DNA from: Octopus sinensis
Taxonomy: Eukaryota
Reading direction: 5' to 3'
Assembly (NCBI RefSeq): GCF_006345805.1
Contig: NC_043005.1
Span: forward strand, 14,384,001 to 14,448,000
Length of the DNA stretch: 64,000 bases
This document shows, piece after piece, positions 38,040 to 48,707 of the stretch. The notes beneath the pieces were generated by a model that ran no database searches, was not told the DNA's origin, and saw only the letters and a list, made by a program, of their open reading frames with translations. The position numbers and the translations under genes are program-made. Positions within the stretch are counted from its first letter, which is position 1; every line of letters starts with the position of its first letter.

Positions 38040-38592
38040 TCTTTCAGTTTCCGTCTACCAAATCCACTCACAAGGCATTGGTAGGCCCAAGGCTATAGTA
38101 GAAGACACTTGCCCAAGGTTCCACGCAGTGGGACTGAACCCGGAACCATGTGGTTCGACGTCTGGCAGCTGACTTGGCAGACACCCATAAAATTATCAAC
38201 CATCTTACAAACAATAACTCTGAGCACCTTTTCAAACTCCACCCATCTAACACCCGTGGACATATTTACAAAGTCAGAAAACAGCACAGCTCCCATGACT
38301 TCAGGAAACATTTTTTCACGCTAAGAGTTGCTGAAGCATGGAACAAACTGCCGGCATCAGTTGTTAGTTGTCAGAGCACTGCATCCTTCAAAACTTCCAT
38401 GCTTCCTGAGATTCGCCAACACTACACCTGATTTTCTCCCCTCCATACATACACAAGCATGTATCTGACTCATGCATTGTTTGCTTTCCAGACATTTGTA
38501 CATTACTGCATATACTTTATATGCACTGTCTGACAAGTTGTGGTGCACCTGAGCACTGTATACAATATTTTATTTATTATTATTATTATTAT
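38040..38592. mobile_element. SINE1 head fragment (-) joined to a CR1 3' end (+, about 38160-38592)
   Basis: ORF 38150-38431: HLFKLHPSNTRGHIYKVRKQHSSHDFRKHFFTLRVAEAWNKLP; (TTA)n tail. Confidence 0.85.
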
Positions 38593-38777
38593 AATTAGTT
38601 TTACACCGTTGTAAGCGAAGTAACAGTCGTAGAACGTTGCTACTGTTATATAACTGGCACAATAGCTACGCAGTTGGTGTTACATCTACAGTCATAGTGT
38701 GGTATATAAGTGGTGTAACAGTTAAATGCGTTATGTGATGGATGTATAACTTGTCTACTATATTCCTAAGTATATTG

Positions 38778-39181
38778 TAGGCGTAGGAGTGGCTGTGTGG
38801 TAAGTAGCTTGCTTACCAACCACATGGTTCCGGGTTCAGTCCCACTGCGTGGCACCTTGGGCAAGTGTCTTTTACTATAGCCTCTGGCCGACCAAAGCCT
38901 TGTGAGTGGATTTGGTAGATGGAAACTGAAAGAAGCCCATCGTATATATGTATATATATACGTGTGTGTGTGTGTATGTTTGTGTGTCTGTGTTTGTCCC
39001 TCAACATCGCTTGAGAACCGATGCTGGTGTGTTTACGTCCCCGTAACTTAGCAGTTTGGCAAAAGAGAACGATAGAATAAGTACTAAGCTTATAAAGAAT
39101 AAGTCTTGGGGTCGATTTGCTCGACTAAAGGCGGTGCTCCAGCATGGCCTCAGTCAAATGACTGAAACAAGTAAAAGAGTA
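38778..39181 (+). mobile_element. SINE family 1
   Basis: Full length. Confidence 0.92.
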
Positions 39182-39299
39182 TCCTATTTTGTAATAGGGT
39201 AAGTATTCAAAACTTATTGCTTCACGTCCATATTTTTTGAATAGATAAATAAAAATGAAAGCAGAGACACACTATTTTTCTCATGAAGTCAGTCTAATG

Positions 39300-39647
39300 C
39301 AGGAGTTCTCAGCCATTTTTTAATCTATGGACCCCTTTGATTACTAATTATTCTGGTGGACCCCCACAGCCATTCAATGTTTAAAAATTAGTTTTATAGA
39401 AACTTCATTCAAAATTCCTGTTTTGCTTTTCACACATTAACTTGTGTAGGTTGAACTATGTAAAATGTTAGAGAAAGAAACCTATCTGTTTCTTGCAATA
39501 TATACCAATATATACATCTAAAGCAAAATTTTTTCAAGGGCCCTTAAAATACTGTTGTGGATCCCCAGTTTACTATTTTGTTGCGTGGACTCCCAAAATC
39601 TTATATGGCCCCTGAGAGGCCATATGGACCCCAGTTGAGAACCACTG
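39300..39647. mobile_element. hAT-type MITE
   Basis: TIRs CAGGAGTTCTCA / TGAGAACCACTG; 8-bp TSD gtctaatg / atctaatg. Confidence 0.85.
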
Positions 39648-40536
39648 ATCTAATGCATTCCTGATACTTATTCTATAAATGACTGGGGAATGAAATGTAA
39701 AGTTGATCCTGGTAGTATTTGAATGCATGAGATAGAAGTACCCAACACAATAACTAAATATGGTAAAGCATTTAAATCTAGTGCATTACTCCTTTTTGCA
39801 ACCACTGTGTCTTTGGGATTTGAACTCAAAATGTAGAAGAATGAAAGCAAATATTGTAGGAGATTCTCGTTTGTCATTCCACGATTTCACTTCTCTACCA
39901 AATCAATCTCAGTATATTACTGGTATTTATTTAATTAATCCTAAGGAATACAAAATAAACTTTGTCCTGATATGATTTGAACTCTGAATGTAGAGATTAT
40001 AAGTAATACTGTAAGGTATTTTAGTTCATGATTCTGGTTTTTTTCTCATTCCTTCACCCTGTAATAATAATAGCTCGCTTAATTTACCACAAGGGATATA
40101 AAAATACTTTTTCTAGCATTTAGCATTTTTTTCCTAATTTTTTTTTTTAATTCTGTGGCAATAATTTTTTTAACATAAAGATAAAACTAGAAATTTCAGT
40201 AGAAGTCAGATTCAGTTTCATTGACTTATGTATTTGTCTGGCAAATAAAGGATTCTTGATGTGCTCCCTCTACCTGCAAGAAATAGAAGACAAATCTTCA
40301 CAGAATCACATCGTATTATTTAAAAAGAGAAAAGTCACTTTAGATAATGTGGACCTAGATACTCCGTTTGAAAAAGTGTGGTGATTACAGCTTGAACCTC
40401 ATTGGTCTGTTTTATCAGAACTGAATTGGGACTGAGTAACACTAAACATAGTAGCTACAACTCGCCTCCATATGACTAAATAACAATATTGATTTGTGTC
40501 ACTTTTCTTTTTCTTTTTCTTTTTTTTTTGTTCTAG

Positions 40537-40645
40537 TTGGAAATTACCAGAAGTTCACAGACATCTTGTATCATTGGGTGTTCCCTGGATGCTTATTGGA
40601 ACTAAGTGGTTCATTTGTATGTATGCAGATGTTGCTCCAGTTGAG
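40537..40645 (+). CDS. GRTP1: GRTP1-like exon G: (S)WKLPEVHRHLVSLGVPWMLIGTKWFICMYADVAPVE
   Basis: Long T-rich tract, then ttctag at 40536; donor gtgaga at 40646; KWFIC motif. Confidence 0.94.
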
Positions 40646-40886
40646 GTGAGAATATATTTTTAGGGGCTCCCCTCATCTTCCTATTTTTTCAATGTAAATA
40701 TGCAAACATTGAAATATTAGATGTGTGACCAGTCAAGTTCATCAAATGTTATCTCATCACCTGACTCAGGTACTCCTGCTCCTTGACAAACATACTCAAC
40801 TCTACATCCACGTCACCTTCCTGGCAAAACAGGATCTTTTAATTTTCTCCATATCATGCTTCTCTTAATTCAATTGAAACTATTAT

Positions 40887-41290
40887 GCTGGCTCTGTGCC
40901 GGTGGCACATAAAAAGCACAATCCGAACGTGGCTGATGCCAGCGCCGCCTCAACTGGTTTCTGTGCCGGTGGCACATAAAAGGCACCATCTGAACGTGGT
41001 CAATGCCAGCGCCACCTCGACTAGCTTCTGTGCCGGTGGCACATAAAAAGCACCATCCGAACGTGGCCGATGCCAGCGCCGCCTTGGCTGGCTTCCGTGC
41101 TGGTGGCACGTTAAAAGCACCCACAATACTCGCGGAGTGGTTGGCATTAGGAAGGGCATCTAGCTGTAGAAACACTGCCAGATCAGACTGGATCCTGGTG
41201 CAGCCTTTTGGCTTCCGAGACCCCGGTCGAACCGTCCAACCCGTGCTAGCGCAGAAAACAGACGTTAAACGATGATGATGATGATGATGC
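40887..41290 (+). mobile_element. RTE 3'UTR-only copy with four modules at exact 67-nt spacing
   Basis: GTGC at 40896, 40963, 41030 and 41097. Confidence 0.92.
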
Positions 41291-41505
41291 TATGTCACTA
41301 GAGATTGCCTTTTTGATTCACTTGAGTTACCTTTCTGCAAACAACAATAACTTGAGTTAATTTTTCTGTGGGTTTTCTTACTACTACAGTTGGGGTCTCA
41401 TAGATTTTTTTTTTTCACACCAAAATTTCAAAAAGTATTTAATGTGCGACTTATTCACCACCTCAGTTGAGCACATTAAGTCTATATAACTTTAAATAGG
41501 TACAA

Positions 41506-41850
41506 TAAATAATAATAATGAAATTATCGTATACAGTGCTCAGGTGCACTACAACTTGTCAAAAGTGCGTATAAAGCATATGCAGTAATGTACAAATGTC
41601 TGGAAAGTGAACAGTGTATGAGTCAGATACATGCTTGCGTGTGTATGGAGGGGAGAAAATCAGGTGTAGTGTTGGCGAATCTCAGGAAGCATGGAAGTTT
41701 TGAAGGATGCAGTGCTCCGACAACTAACAGTTTGTTCCATACTTCAGCAACTCTTAGCGTGAAAAAATGTTTCCGAAAGTCATGGGAGCTGTGCTGTTTT
41801 CTGACTTTGTAAACATGTTCACAGGTGTTAGACAGGTGGAGTTTGAAAAG
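41506..41850 (-). mobile_element. CR1 LINE 3' end
   Basis: Reverse complement of the 38160-38592 type. Confidence 0.88.
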
Positions 41851-42302
41851 TCAGTGATGAAGTGCAGTTCAGTGTTAGTTGTATAATTGACAACTGCTTT
41901 ATTGGCTTGTAGTAATGAATGGAAATCTTCCTATGGGCTTAGAAAAAACAGTATCATTTTTTTAATTATGAGGAACAGTTGATTAAATTAGTCTCTGTAA
42001 TTGACTGATACTTATTTAATGTCTCCAGAAGGATGAAAAGCAAAGTTGACATAGGTTGGGTTCAGTTTCAGTAAGTAAATACCACAAGGTATTCTGTCAA
42101 TCTACCATTCTAAAAATGGCAATATTGTGCCATTCTCATGCATCCTCTCTTGAGATATTCTATGGGAGTTGGCTCTTTATTGATATTCCCAACATCACAT
42201 TAGATTTCTGGATACCAGCGGTATAGTAATCTTGGGACAAATATAATAAGGTAATATGAGCCAGCAGGAGGTACTTCTACTCAACCATTTGACTGTGTAG
42301 AG

Positions 42303-42908
42303 CAGCATTTCTCAACCGGGGATCCCCAGAACCCTAGGGTTCCGCAAAAGGTTCCTTGGGATTCTGCGAGAAAGAGTGAGTTAAGCTAATGCTAATTTCA
42401 TGATCATGATATGACTATACATGCACAATGTATTATTGGTTATTGTAATATTATAATATAGACATTATCCTATCTAACCTATTATGTTATCAAAAAATAT
42501 AACAAATATATATAGATTTAGTCTAAGGTGTACCTGCTGAAGAAGGCTTCACCTAGCAAATTATTTTATTTGCTAAAAAAAGTCTGAAACCATTGGTCTA
42601 GGAGTTAGATGGTAAATGTTTTTATTTTTCATTCCCTTCAATTTTTATCTCTAATAGCAGTTTGGAATTTAACTGTCCTCTCTAGTGTGTAGGTAGTCCT
42701 CTTATGTGTTTAAATGTACACTGTATATCTATCTATCTATCTGTCTGTCTATATATTTATTTATTTATTTATTTATTTATTTACCACATGAATTACAATG
42801 AAAAAGATGTGAGTAAGATATGGTATATAATTTCTTTTGTGCAGGGGTTCCTTGAGACATGTAATTTATTTTAAGGGTTGTGTAAGGCTAAAAAGTCGAG
42901 AAACACTG
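42303..42908. mobile_element. hAT-type MITE carrying internal cargo
   Basis: TIRs CAGCATTTCTCAAC / GTCGAGAAACACTG; 8-bp TSD gtgtagag / atgtagag. Confidence 0.88.
42533..42602 (+). ncRNA. Candidate type I minimal hammerhead ribozyme
   Basis: CCUG + CUGAAGA + stem II AGGCUU/AAGUCU (enclosing UAGCAAAU/AUUUGCUA) + GAAA + stem III ACC-AUU-GGU + C17 + UAGG. Confidence 0.65.
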
Positions 42909-43198
42909 ATGTAGAGGTACATCAGTTTTTACTTAGAGTTACTGCCTTCTTAGATAGTTTGCTTGTGGTTCAACTTGTTCAGCCTGTATCTCCTTCATTT
43001 GTTTGTTTGTTTCTTTTTTTTTAAAATTTTATCTAGTTTCAGCTCACGAGCTGTGGCCATGCTGGGGCACCGCCATTCGATGGAACTTTTTCAGAATTGT
43101 GAACTTTATTATTATCCTTCGATTATTTTGTTGGGTGTTATCCTCTCACTCTCGCATTTATTCACTCCTTTCTTTACCATCCTTGTTTTTTTTTGCAG

Positions 43199-43384
43199 AC
43201 TGTTTTACGTATTTGGGATTCCTTATTTTATGAAGGTTCCAAGATCCTGCTGCGAGTTGCTTTCACTTTGATCTCAATGAACAGCGATAAAATTCTGGCC
43301 TGTAAAGATTTTCCTGAAGCTGTTCACATAATTCAGAGTTCGGTAAAACACCCTTTGGTGAAACATTGTCATAGTTTCATGGAG
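43199..43384 (+). CDS. GRTP1: GRTP1-like exon H: TVLRIWDSLFYEGSKILLRVAFTLISMNSDKILACKDFPEAVHIIQSSVKHPLVKHCHSFME
   Basis: Acceptor ttttgcag at 43198; donor gtaagc at 43385; 186 nt, phase 0 to 0; RIWD..F.EG motif. Confidence 0.95.
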
Positions 43385-43593
43385 GTAAGCATCTTCTCCC
43401 TCACTTTCACCCTTACACCCTTACACTTGCCATTGTCATGCTTATTGATGTCATTGTCATCATCACCATGCCGATATGAGATGGATGAGCTCACAATGTG
43501 ATTTACAACCTCTTCCACGTTACATGTCCAACGTCTTCTGTGATGTCCAGTGTTATCAGCCTTGCCCTGACTGCAGTTGGTATTCATTAGTGA

Positions 43594-43831
43594 TAAGGCG
43601 GCGAGCTGGCAGAGTCGTTAGCACGCCGGGCGAAATGCTTAGCCGTATTTCGTCTGCTATTACGTTCTGAGTTCAAATTCCGCCGAGGTCGACTTTGCCT
43701 TTCATTCTTTTAGGGTCGATTAAATAAGTACCAGTTACGCACTGGGGTCGATATAATCGACTTATTCCGTTTGTCTGTCCTTGTTTGTCCTCTCTGTGTT
43801 TAGCCCCTTGTGGGTGGGCAGTAAAGAAATA
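43594..43831 (+). mobile_element. SINE family 2 monomer with a 15-bp TSD
   Basis: ggtattcattagtga at 43579-43593 and 43832-43846. Confidence 0.93.
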
Positions 43832-44138
43832 GGTATTCATTAGTGACGTCATCCAGAAATGGTTGAGTGTGTCTTAGTAGCATTATAGAAGATAATTTTA
43901 AACATTTTAGAAGATATAAAAATAAATGGATTATGAAGGCCTGAGAACATTATGTTTCAAAAAAAAAACAAAAAAAAATGGTGATTGTCACAGCTGGAAT
44001 GTCTGTGATCAAAGATCTTTGACTAAACAACAACACCCACACCCACATACACACTCATACGTGCATGTACATACACACTCATATGTTTGGCTAGTTCTGT
44101 TTGGTGTATTACAATTTTATTTTTTTGCCCCAATTAGG

Positions 44139-44391
44139 ACGCTGAGAGTTGCTGAAGCATGAAACAAACTGTCGGCATCAGTTGTTAGTTGTCGGAGCAC
44201 TGCATCCTTCAAAACTTCCATGCTTTCTGAGATTCGCCAACACTACACCTGATTTCCTCCCCTCCATACACACACAAGCATGTATCTGACTCATACATTG
44301 TTCGCTTTCCAGACATTTTTACATTACTGCATATACTTTATATGCACTTTCTGACAAGTTGTGGTGCACCTGAGCACTGTATACAATAATT

Positions 44392-44426
<35 letters not shown>

Positions 44427-44427
44427 A
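44139..44427 (+). mobile_element. CR1 LINE 3' end
   Basis: Family match; (TTA)n tail ends about 65 nt before the last acceptor. Confidence 0.88.
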
Positions 44428-44491
44428 TTGTAAAAATATTTTTTTTCATCTTTACTTATGTTTTTTTTTTTTTTCTTTTCTTCATTTCCAG

Positions 44492-44572
44492 TTAATTTTC
44501 AAAGAAACAGGATCATTTCCTCGCAGTGAAATTACAAAGATGAGAAAAAGTTGTATTGAGAAAATAACATAG
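44492..44572 (+). CDS. GRTP1: GRTP1-like terminal coding exon I: LIFKETGSFPRSEITKMRKSCIEKIT*
   Basis: Acceptor atttccag at 44491 after a long T tract; in-frame TAG at 44570-44572; resembles the GRTP1 C-terminus. Confidence 0.88.
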   Translation, partial: LIFKETGSFPRSEITKMRKSCIEKIT

Positions 44573-44898
44573 CACAAAATCACAAATTCCATCTGGTCTA
44601 CAATGGTTTTTAAAAAAATATTTATCTGGTTCAGAGATCCTTGAAAAATATCGAGAGAATGCTAAGAGAGTATTCTCGACTCTTTATTTGTCACTCTTCC
44701 TAAATTTACTCTTTCCACAGAGTCCTTTTTCTCTAAACCAGTTTTGTTTTCTATTGGCAAAATTTGAAAAAAAAAAAACATTTAACACCTTCCTTGAAAA
44801 AAAAAAACTAAAAAACATAGAATGTATTATTTATTTTATTGTATTCCATCTTTATTTTTGTTATTCACCTCTTACCCAAAACAGTCTTTCCTTTTGAT

Positions 44899-44904
44899 AA
44901 TAAA
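44899..44904 (+). promoter_or_regulatory. Candidate polyadenylation signal (AATAAA)
   Basis: AATAAA about 330 nt after the stop codon. The context is AT-rich, so a chance match is plausible. Confidence 0.25.
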
Positions 44905-46198
44905 CCCAACCACAACCAGTGTCTTTATTTCTCACAAAAGAAAAGTTTGAGAGAGAGAGAGAAAGAGAGAGAGGGGGGGTGTTAGTGTTGTGTATGTGAG
45001 GGAGATTGTTTCTATAAAATATTTTGGTTTATTTAAACCTAAAATTTAAAGGGAACAAAACCAGAAATTTTCCTTCTTAATTTTTTTCTTGATAGTTGCA
45101 CAATTCAAAAGAAATATTTTTCCTTTTAATTATCTTGAGCAAGTTAATTAGTTGCTCTTAATACATATTGTCTTGGGGCTCATTTTACTTTGCAAAACTG
45201 TGAATATCTCTCACATTGAGGTATTCCTCACCGATGCCAGCAACAGGAGCATTCTATGTGAGAATGCAAACGATAGAAGCACTCACTGAAGAAGACTCTA
45301 CACAATCACTTCTTCTGCTAGAAATAGCAGCCAAATATTTTTCAAACACATCTTTTAAAAAAAAAGTGGACACACTGAATACAGGTACAACATTGATTTT
45401 CCAGAACCTTTGGTTCCAAAACCTTTCCAGATGACTGCTTTTTCCAAAGCAGGGGTGGTCACCTCTAAATTAAAAAAAGAATATTAAATTTACTTAAATG
45501 ATTAAATGAGATACTGCTACCTGTACGTTAGTATAAATGATACAAGTTTGTTAATACTGTGCTTGACAAGGTACTGTGAAACAGGAGCAATCAGTATACT
45601 AGTCTGGTGGCTGCAGGAATTTGAAGTTCCTGCTCAGAAATATGTGCGGGTTATGAGAGTTTCCGAATCATTGGTGTCCTGAAAGTCAGTGTTGTACCTC
45701 GAAACACTATTTTTGAAAACAAGACAAGACAGGGTATAGATGGAAAGCCTTTGAATATAGGTTTCTTCAGTCAAGGATGATATGGGGTTCTATAATTAAG
45801 GAATGTTTTATCAACTTACTATGGTGAGTTTGAAGCTTTCCTGCAGGTCTGGACCTTGACAGAAGTGCTTGTAATACAGCTTGGTTCAGCTAATTTGAGA
45901 TAAAAAAAAAACCGCACCTATTACTGAGTAACAGATTTTGATATAATGATTACAAGAAGTCATTGATTAAAGGTGTTCCTGAATTTGAAATGAAATATTA
46001 TAGCATGATGAATAATCAAATTTTTTCCCAAAAGTAAAAAGAATATTTGCCATTTATAAATTTATTGACATTTTCCTCTCAACTCTGTTATTTATTCGTC
46101 TATAAACTTTTTCTTTTCAAAACACTTCTTTTTGTATTCACTGTTTGTCAGCTTTTATCAGTTATTTATGAAAATGTTTACATACATGTATACATGTT

Positions 46199-46229
<31 letters not shown>

Positions 46230-46256
46230 CTTTGTGTGTCTACATGTGTACACGTA

Positions 46257-46630
46257 AAGCTTGCTTCCCAACCACATGGTTCCTGGTTCAGTCCCACTGT
46301 GTGGCACCTTGGGCAAGTGTTGTCTACTATAGCCTCAGGCTGAACAAGGCCTTGTGAGTGGATTTGGTAGATGGAAACTGAAAGAAGCCCATTGTATATG
46401 TATGTGTGTGTGTGTGTGTGTGTGCTTGTCCTTCCTACCACTTGAGAACAGCTGTTGGTGTGTTTACACCCCCATAACTTAGCAGTTTGGCAAAAGAGAC
46501 CAATAGAATAAATACCAAGCTTAAAAAAAATAAAAGTCACGGGGTCAATTCATTCAACTAACATTTTTCAAGGTGGGGCTCCTGCATAGCTGCAGTCTAA
46601 TGAATGAAATGAGTAAAAGAATAAAAGAAT
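46257..46630 (+). mobile_element. SINE family 1 (diverged)
   Basis: Family match. Confidence 0.85.
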
Positions 46631-46649
46631 ACACACACATATATATATA

Positions 46650-47116
46650 CTAGCAGTATCGCCCGGCGTTGCTCGGGTTTGTAAGGGAAATAACTATATA
46701 AGCATTTTTAGAGAGTTACTTCCCTTATAAATTCGGGCTTTCTTAGCCATTTTTGTTTTGGTGTCTTCAAGCCATGAAGTCGTTCTAAAAGAACGCTGGT
46801 TTCCTTCACAACGCATTACGACGTTGATTTCCTTACACTCCCTTCCCCACAGGTGCAGGTGTGAGCGTGGACGCCAACTCCGCCGCCATCGACACACGAA
46901 AAATTATGCATTAAAATGGAATAAAAAATGATGTTAAATTATTTTTAAAATCGTAGACTCATCGTTGACGCGCGCTAATAGTCAGACGGGCTCGATATGA
47001 ATCACGACTATAAGATACCCGAATTTGGTTAAACTGCACCGCAAAATGTGGGAGGAGTTAGGAATCTAAATCGAAGGGGACAGACACTCACACAACTAGA
47101 GTTTTATATATATAGA
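46650..47116 (-). mobile_element. Non-autonomous Helitron with a variant internal segment
   Basis: Minus strand A|TCTATATATATAAAAC ... CCCGAGCAACGCCGGGCGATACTGCTAG|T. Confidence 0.88.
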
Positions 47117-47164
47117 TTATACACGAACTCACAGGCACATGTGCATACAGACGTGTGCGCACAC

Positions 47165-47389
47165 ACAGAGGGTGTTCATAAATTATCATTACAACTTTTA
47201 CAATTTACTGTATCACCAGAGTGTGTTGCATGCAACAAATGGTGCGTGCATGGATTTGTTTTGATGTTTCTAAAAACAAAACTTTATTTGTTTTCCAATA
47301 AACTCTGTTGAGTTATCCTTATTTTCCTTCTTTTTTTTTTTTGTTTTCTGAATTGTTCGACTGTAAAGGTAAATCCTGGACACCCTGTG

Positions 47390-47392
<3 letters not shown>
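47165..47392. mobile_element. Possible Tc1/mariner-type MITE
   Basis: Imperfect TIRs acag(a)gggtgttca / tggacaccctgt. Confidence 0.45.
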
Positions 47393-47422
<30 letters not shown>

Positions 47423-47800
47423 CCATCGTTTAATGTCCGCTTTCCATGCTGGCATGGGTTGGACGGTTTGACTGGGGACTGGCAAACCAGATGGCTGCAC
47501 CAAGCTCCAATCTGATCTGGCAGAGTTTCTACAGCTGGATGCCCTTCCTAATGCCAACCACTCCGCGAGTGTAGTGGGTGCTTTTTGCGTGCCACCTGCA
47601 CAGGTGCCAGGGGGGTCCGGCATCGGTCACGATCAGTTGGTGCTTTTAACGTGCCACCGGCACGGAAGCCAACCAAGGCGATGCTGGCATCGGCCACGTT
47701 CGGATGGTGCTTTTTATGTGCCACCGGCACAGAAGCCAGTCGAGGTGGCGCTAGCATCGGCCACGTTCGGATGGTGCTTTTTATGTGCCACCAGCACTAC
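47392..47800 (-). mobile_element. RTE 3'UTR-only copy with four modules
   Basis: Modules at 47577, 47639, 47706 and 47773. Confidence 0.92.
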
Positions 47801-48207
47801 AGAAAGCAAGTGAATGTTATTTCAAAAATTTCATCAGACAAGTTTCAGTAATCTGTTACAGACCATATTTATCAGCTGAAACATGTCCAAATATGAAACT
47901 GATTGAAAATACTGCAAAGAATCAAGTGGAACAAAGCAGAAATAATTACAGAAGGAATAAGTAACAGATAAAAGTATCTGTAAAACACTGGTCAAAGAGA
48001 AGCCACAAAAAATATGTTGGTGAAAAAATAAAAATAAAATCAGTACAATCTGGTGGAAGTGCAATGGCCCAGTGGCTGGGGCAGCAATCCTATAACTCGC
48101 AGTCATAGGATTGCAGTTTCGATTCCCAGACCGGGCATATTGAGCAAAAACACCTAAAGCTCCACGAGGCTCAGGCAGTGGGTGGTGGTGAACTCTGCTG
48201 TATTCTT

Positions 48208-48400
48208 TAGGCACAAGAGTGGCTGTTTGGTAAGAAGCTTGCTTCCTAATCACATGGTTCTGGGTTCAGTCCCACTGCATAGCACTTTGGGCAAATGTCT
48301 TCTACTGTAGCCTTGGGCCGACCAGAACCTTGTGAGTGGATTTGGTAGACGGAAACTGAAAGAAGCCTGTATATATATATAATATATATATATATATATG
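48208..48400 (+). mobile_element. SINE1 head; a matching tail fragment lies at about 50312-50402
   Basis: The head ends in a TA tract; the body is replaced by the Penelope element. Confidence 0.75.
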
Positions 48401-48569
48401 TAATATATATCTATCTATCTATCTATCTAACTATCTATATATATTACAGTTCTGTATTTAGGAGATGAGAGATTATGTACATTATTTACATTTGAAGTAT
48501 ATTTGTCCTCATCTTGGGGAAATTTCAAACTTGGGTATTTTTCACATACCACCTAAGGTATTGTTCAAT

Positions 48570-48669
48570 TCTTCTTCTTATTATTATTATCATTCAGGTC
48601 ACTGCTTGGAATTGAACTTCGAATCTTGGGGTGAGTAGCCCACGCTCTTAACCACTACGCCATATGCCC
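48570..48669 (-). other. tRNA-like module with (AAT/AAG)n tail (not a functional tRNA)
   Basis: GGGCATATGGCGTAGTGGTTAAGAGC..GGG-CTACTCA-CCC..AGTTCAATTCC..GTGACC; acceptor and T stems are imperfect. Confidence 0.7.
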
Positions 48670-48707
48670 ATGGGCAATTATGGATTGAATTTATTGAATT
48701 TTAGGGC

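Larger units (their letters stand above)
5340..44572 (+). other. GRTP1: Gene model: TBC-domain Rab GTPase-activating protein, GRTP1/TBC1D6-like; 9 coding exons seen, 5' exon(s) not found
   Basis: Nine GT-AG exons splice with consistent phases (979 nt = 1 nt + 325 codons + TAG). The product has DGYGFER, RKGIP..YRATAW, IKLDLHRTFP (Arg finger), YCQGMNF (Gln finger), KWFIC and TVLRIWDSLFYEGSKILLRVA. These match GRTP1-family motifs as I recall them; no database search was run. Confidence 0.93.

Noticed and set aside
40887-41121. CRISPR-like repeat-spacer appearance of the RTE modules
   Set aside because: Spacers within an array are near-identical rather than unique, the array is part of a LINE 3'UTR, the context is a eukaryotic intron, and there are no cas genes.
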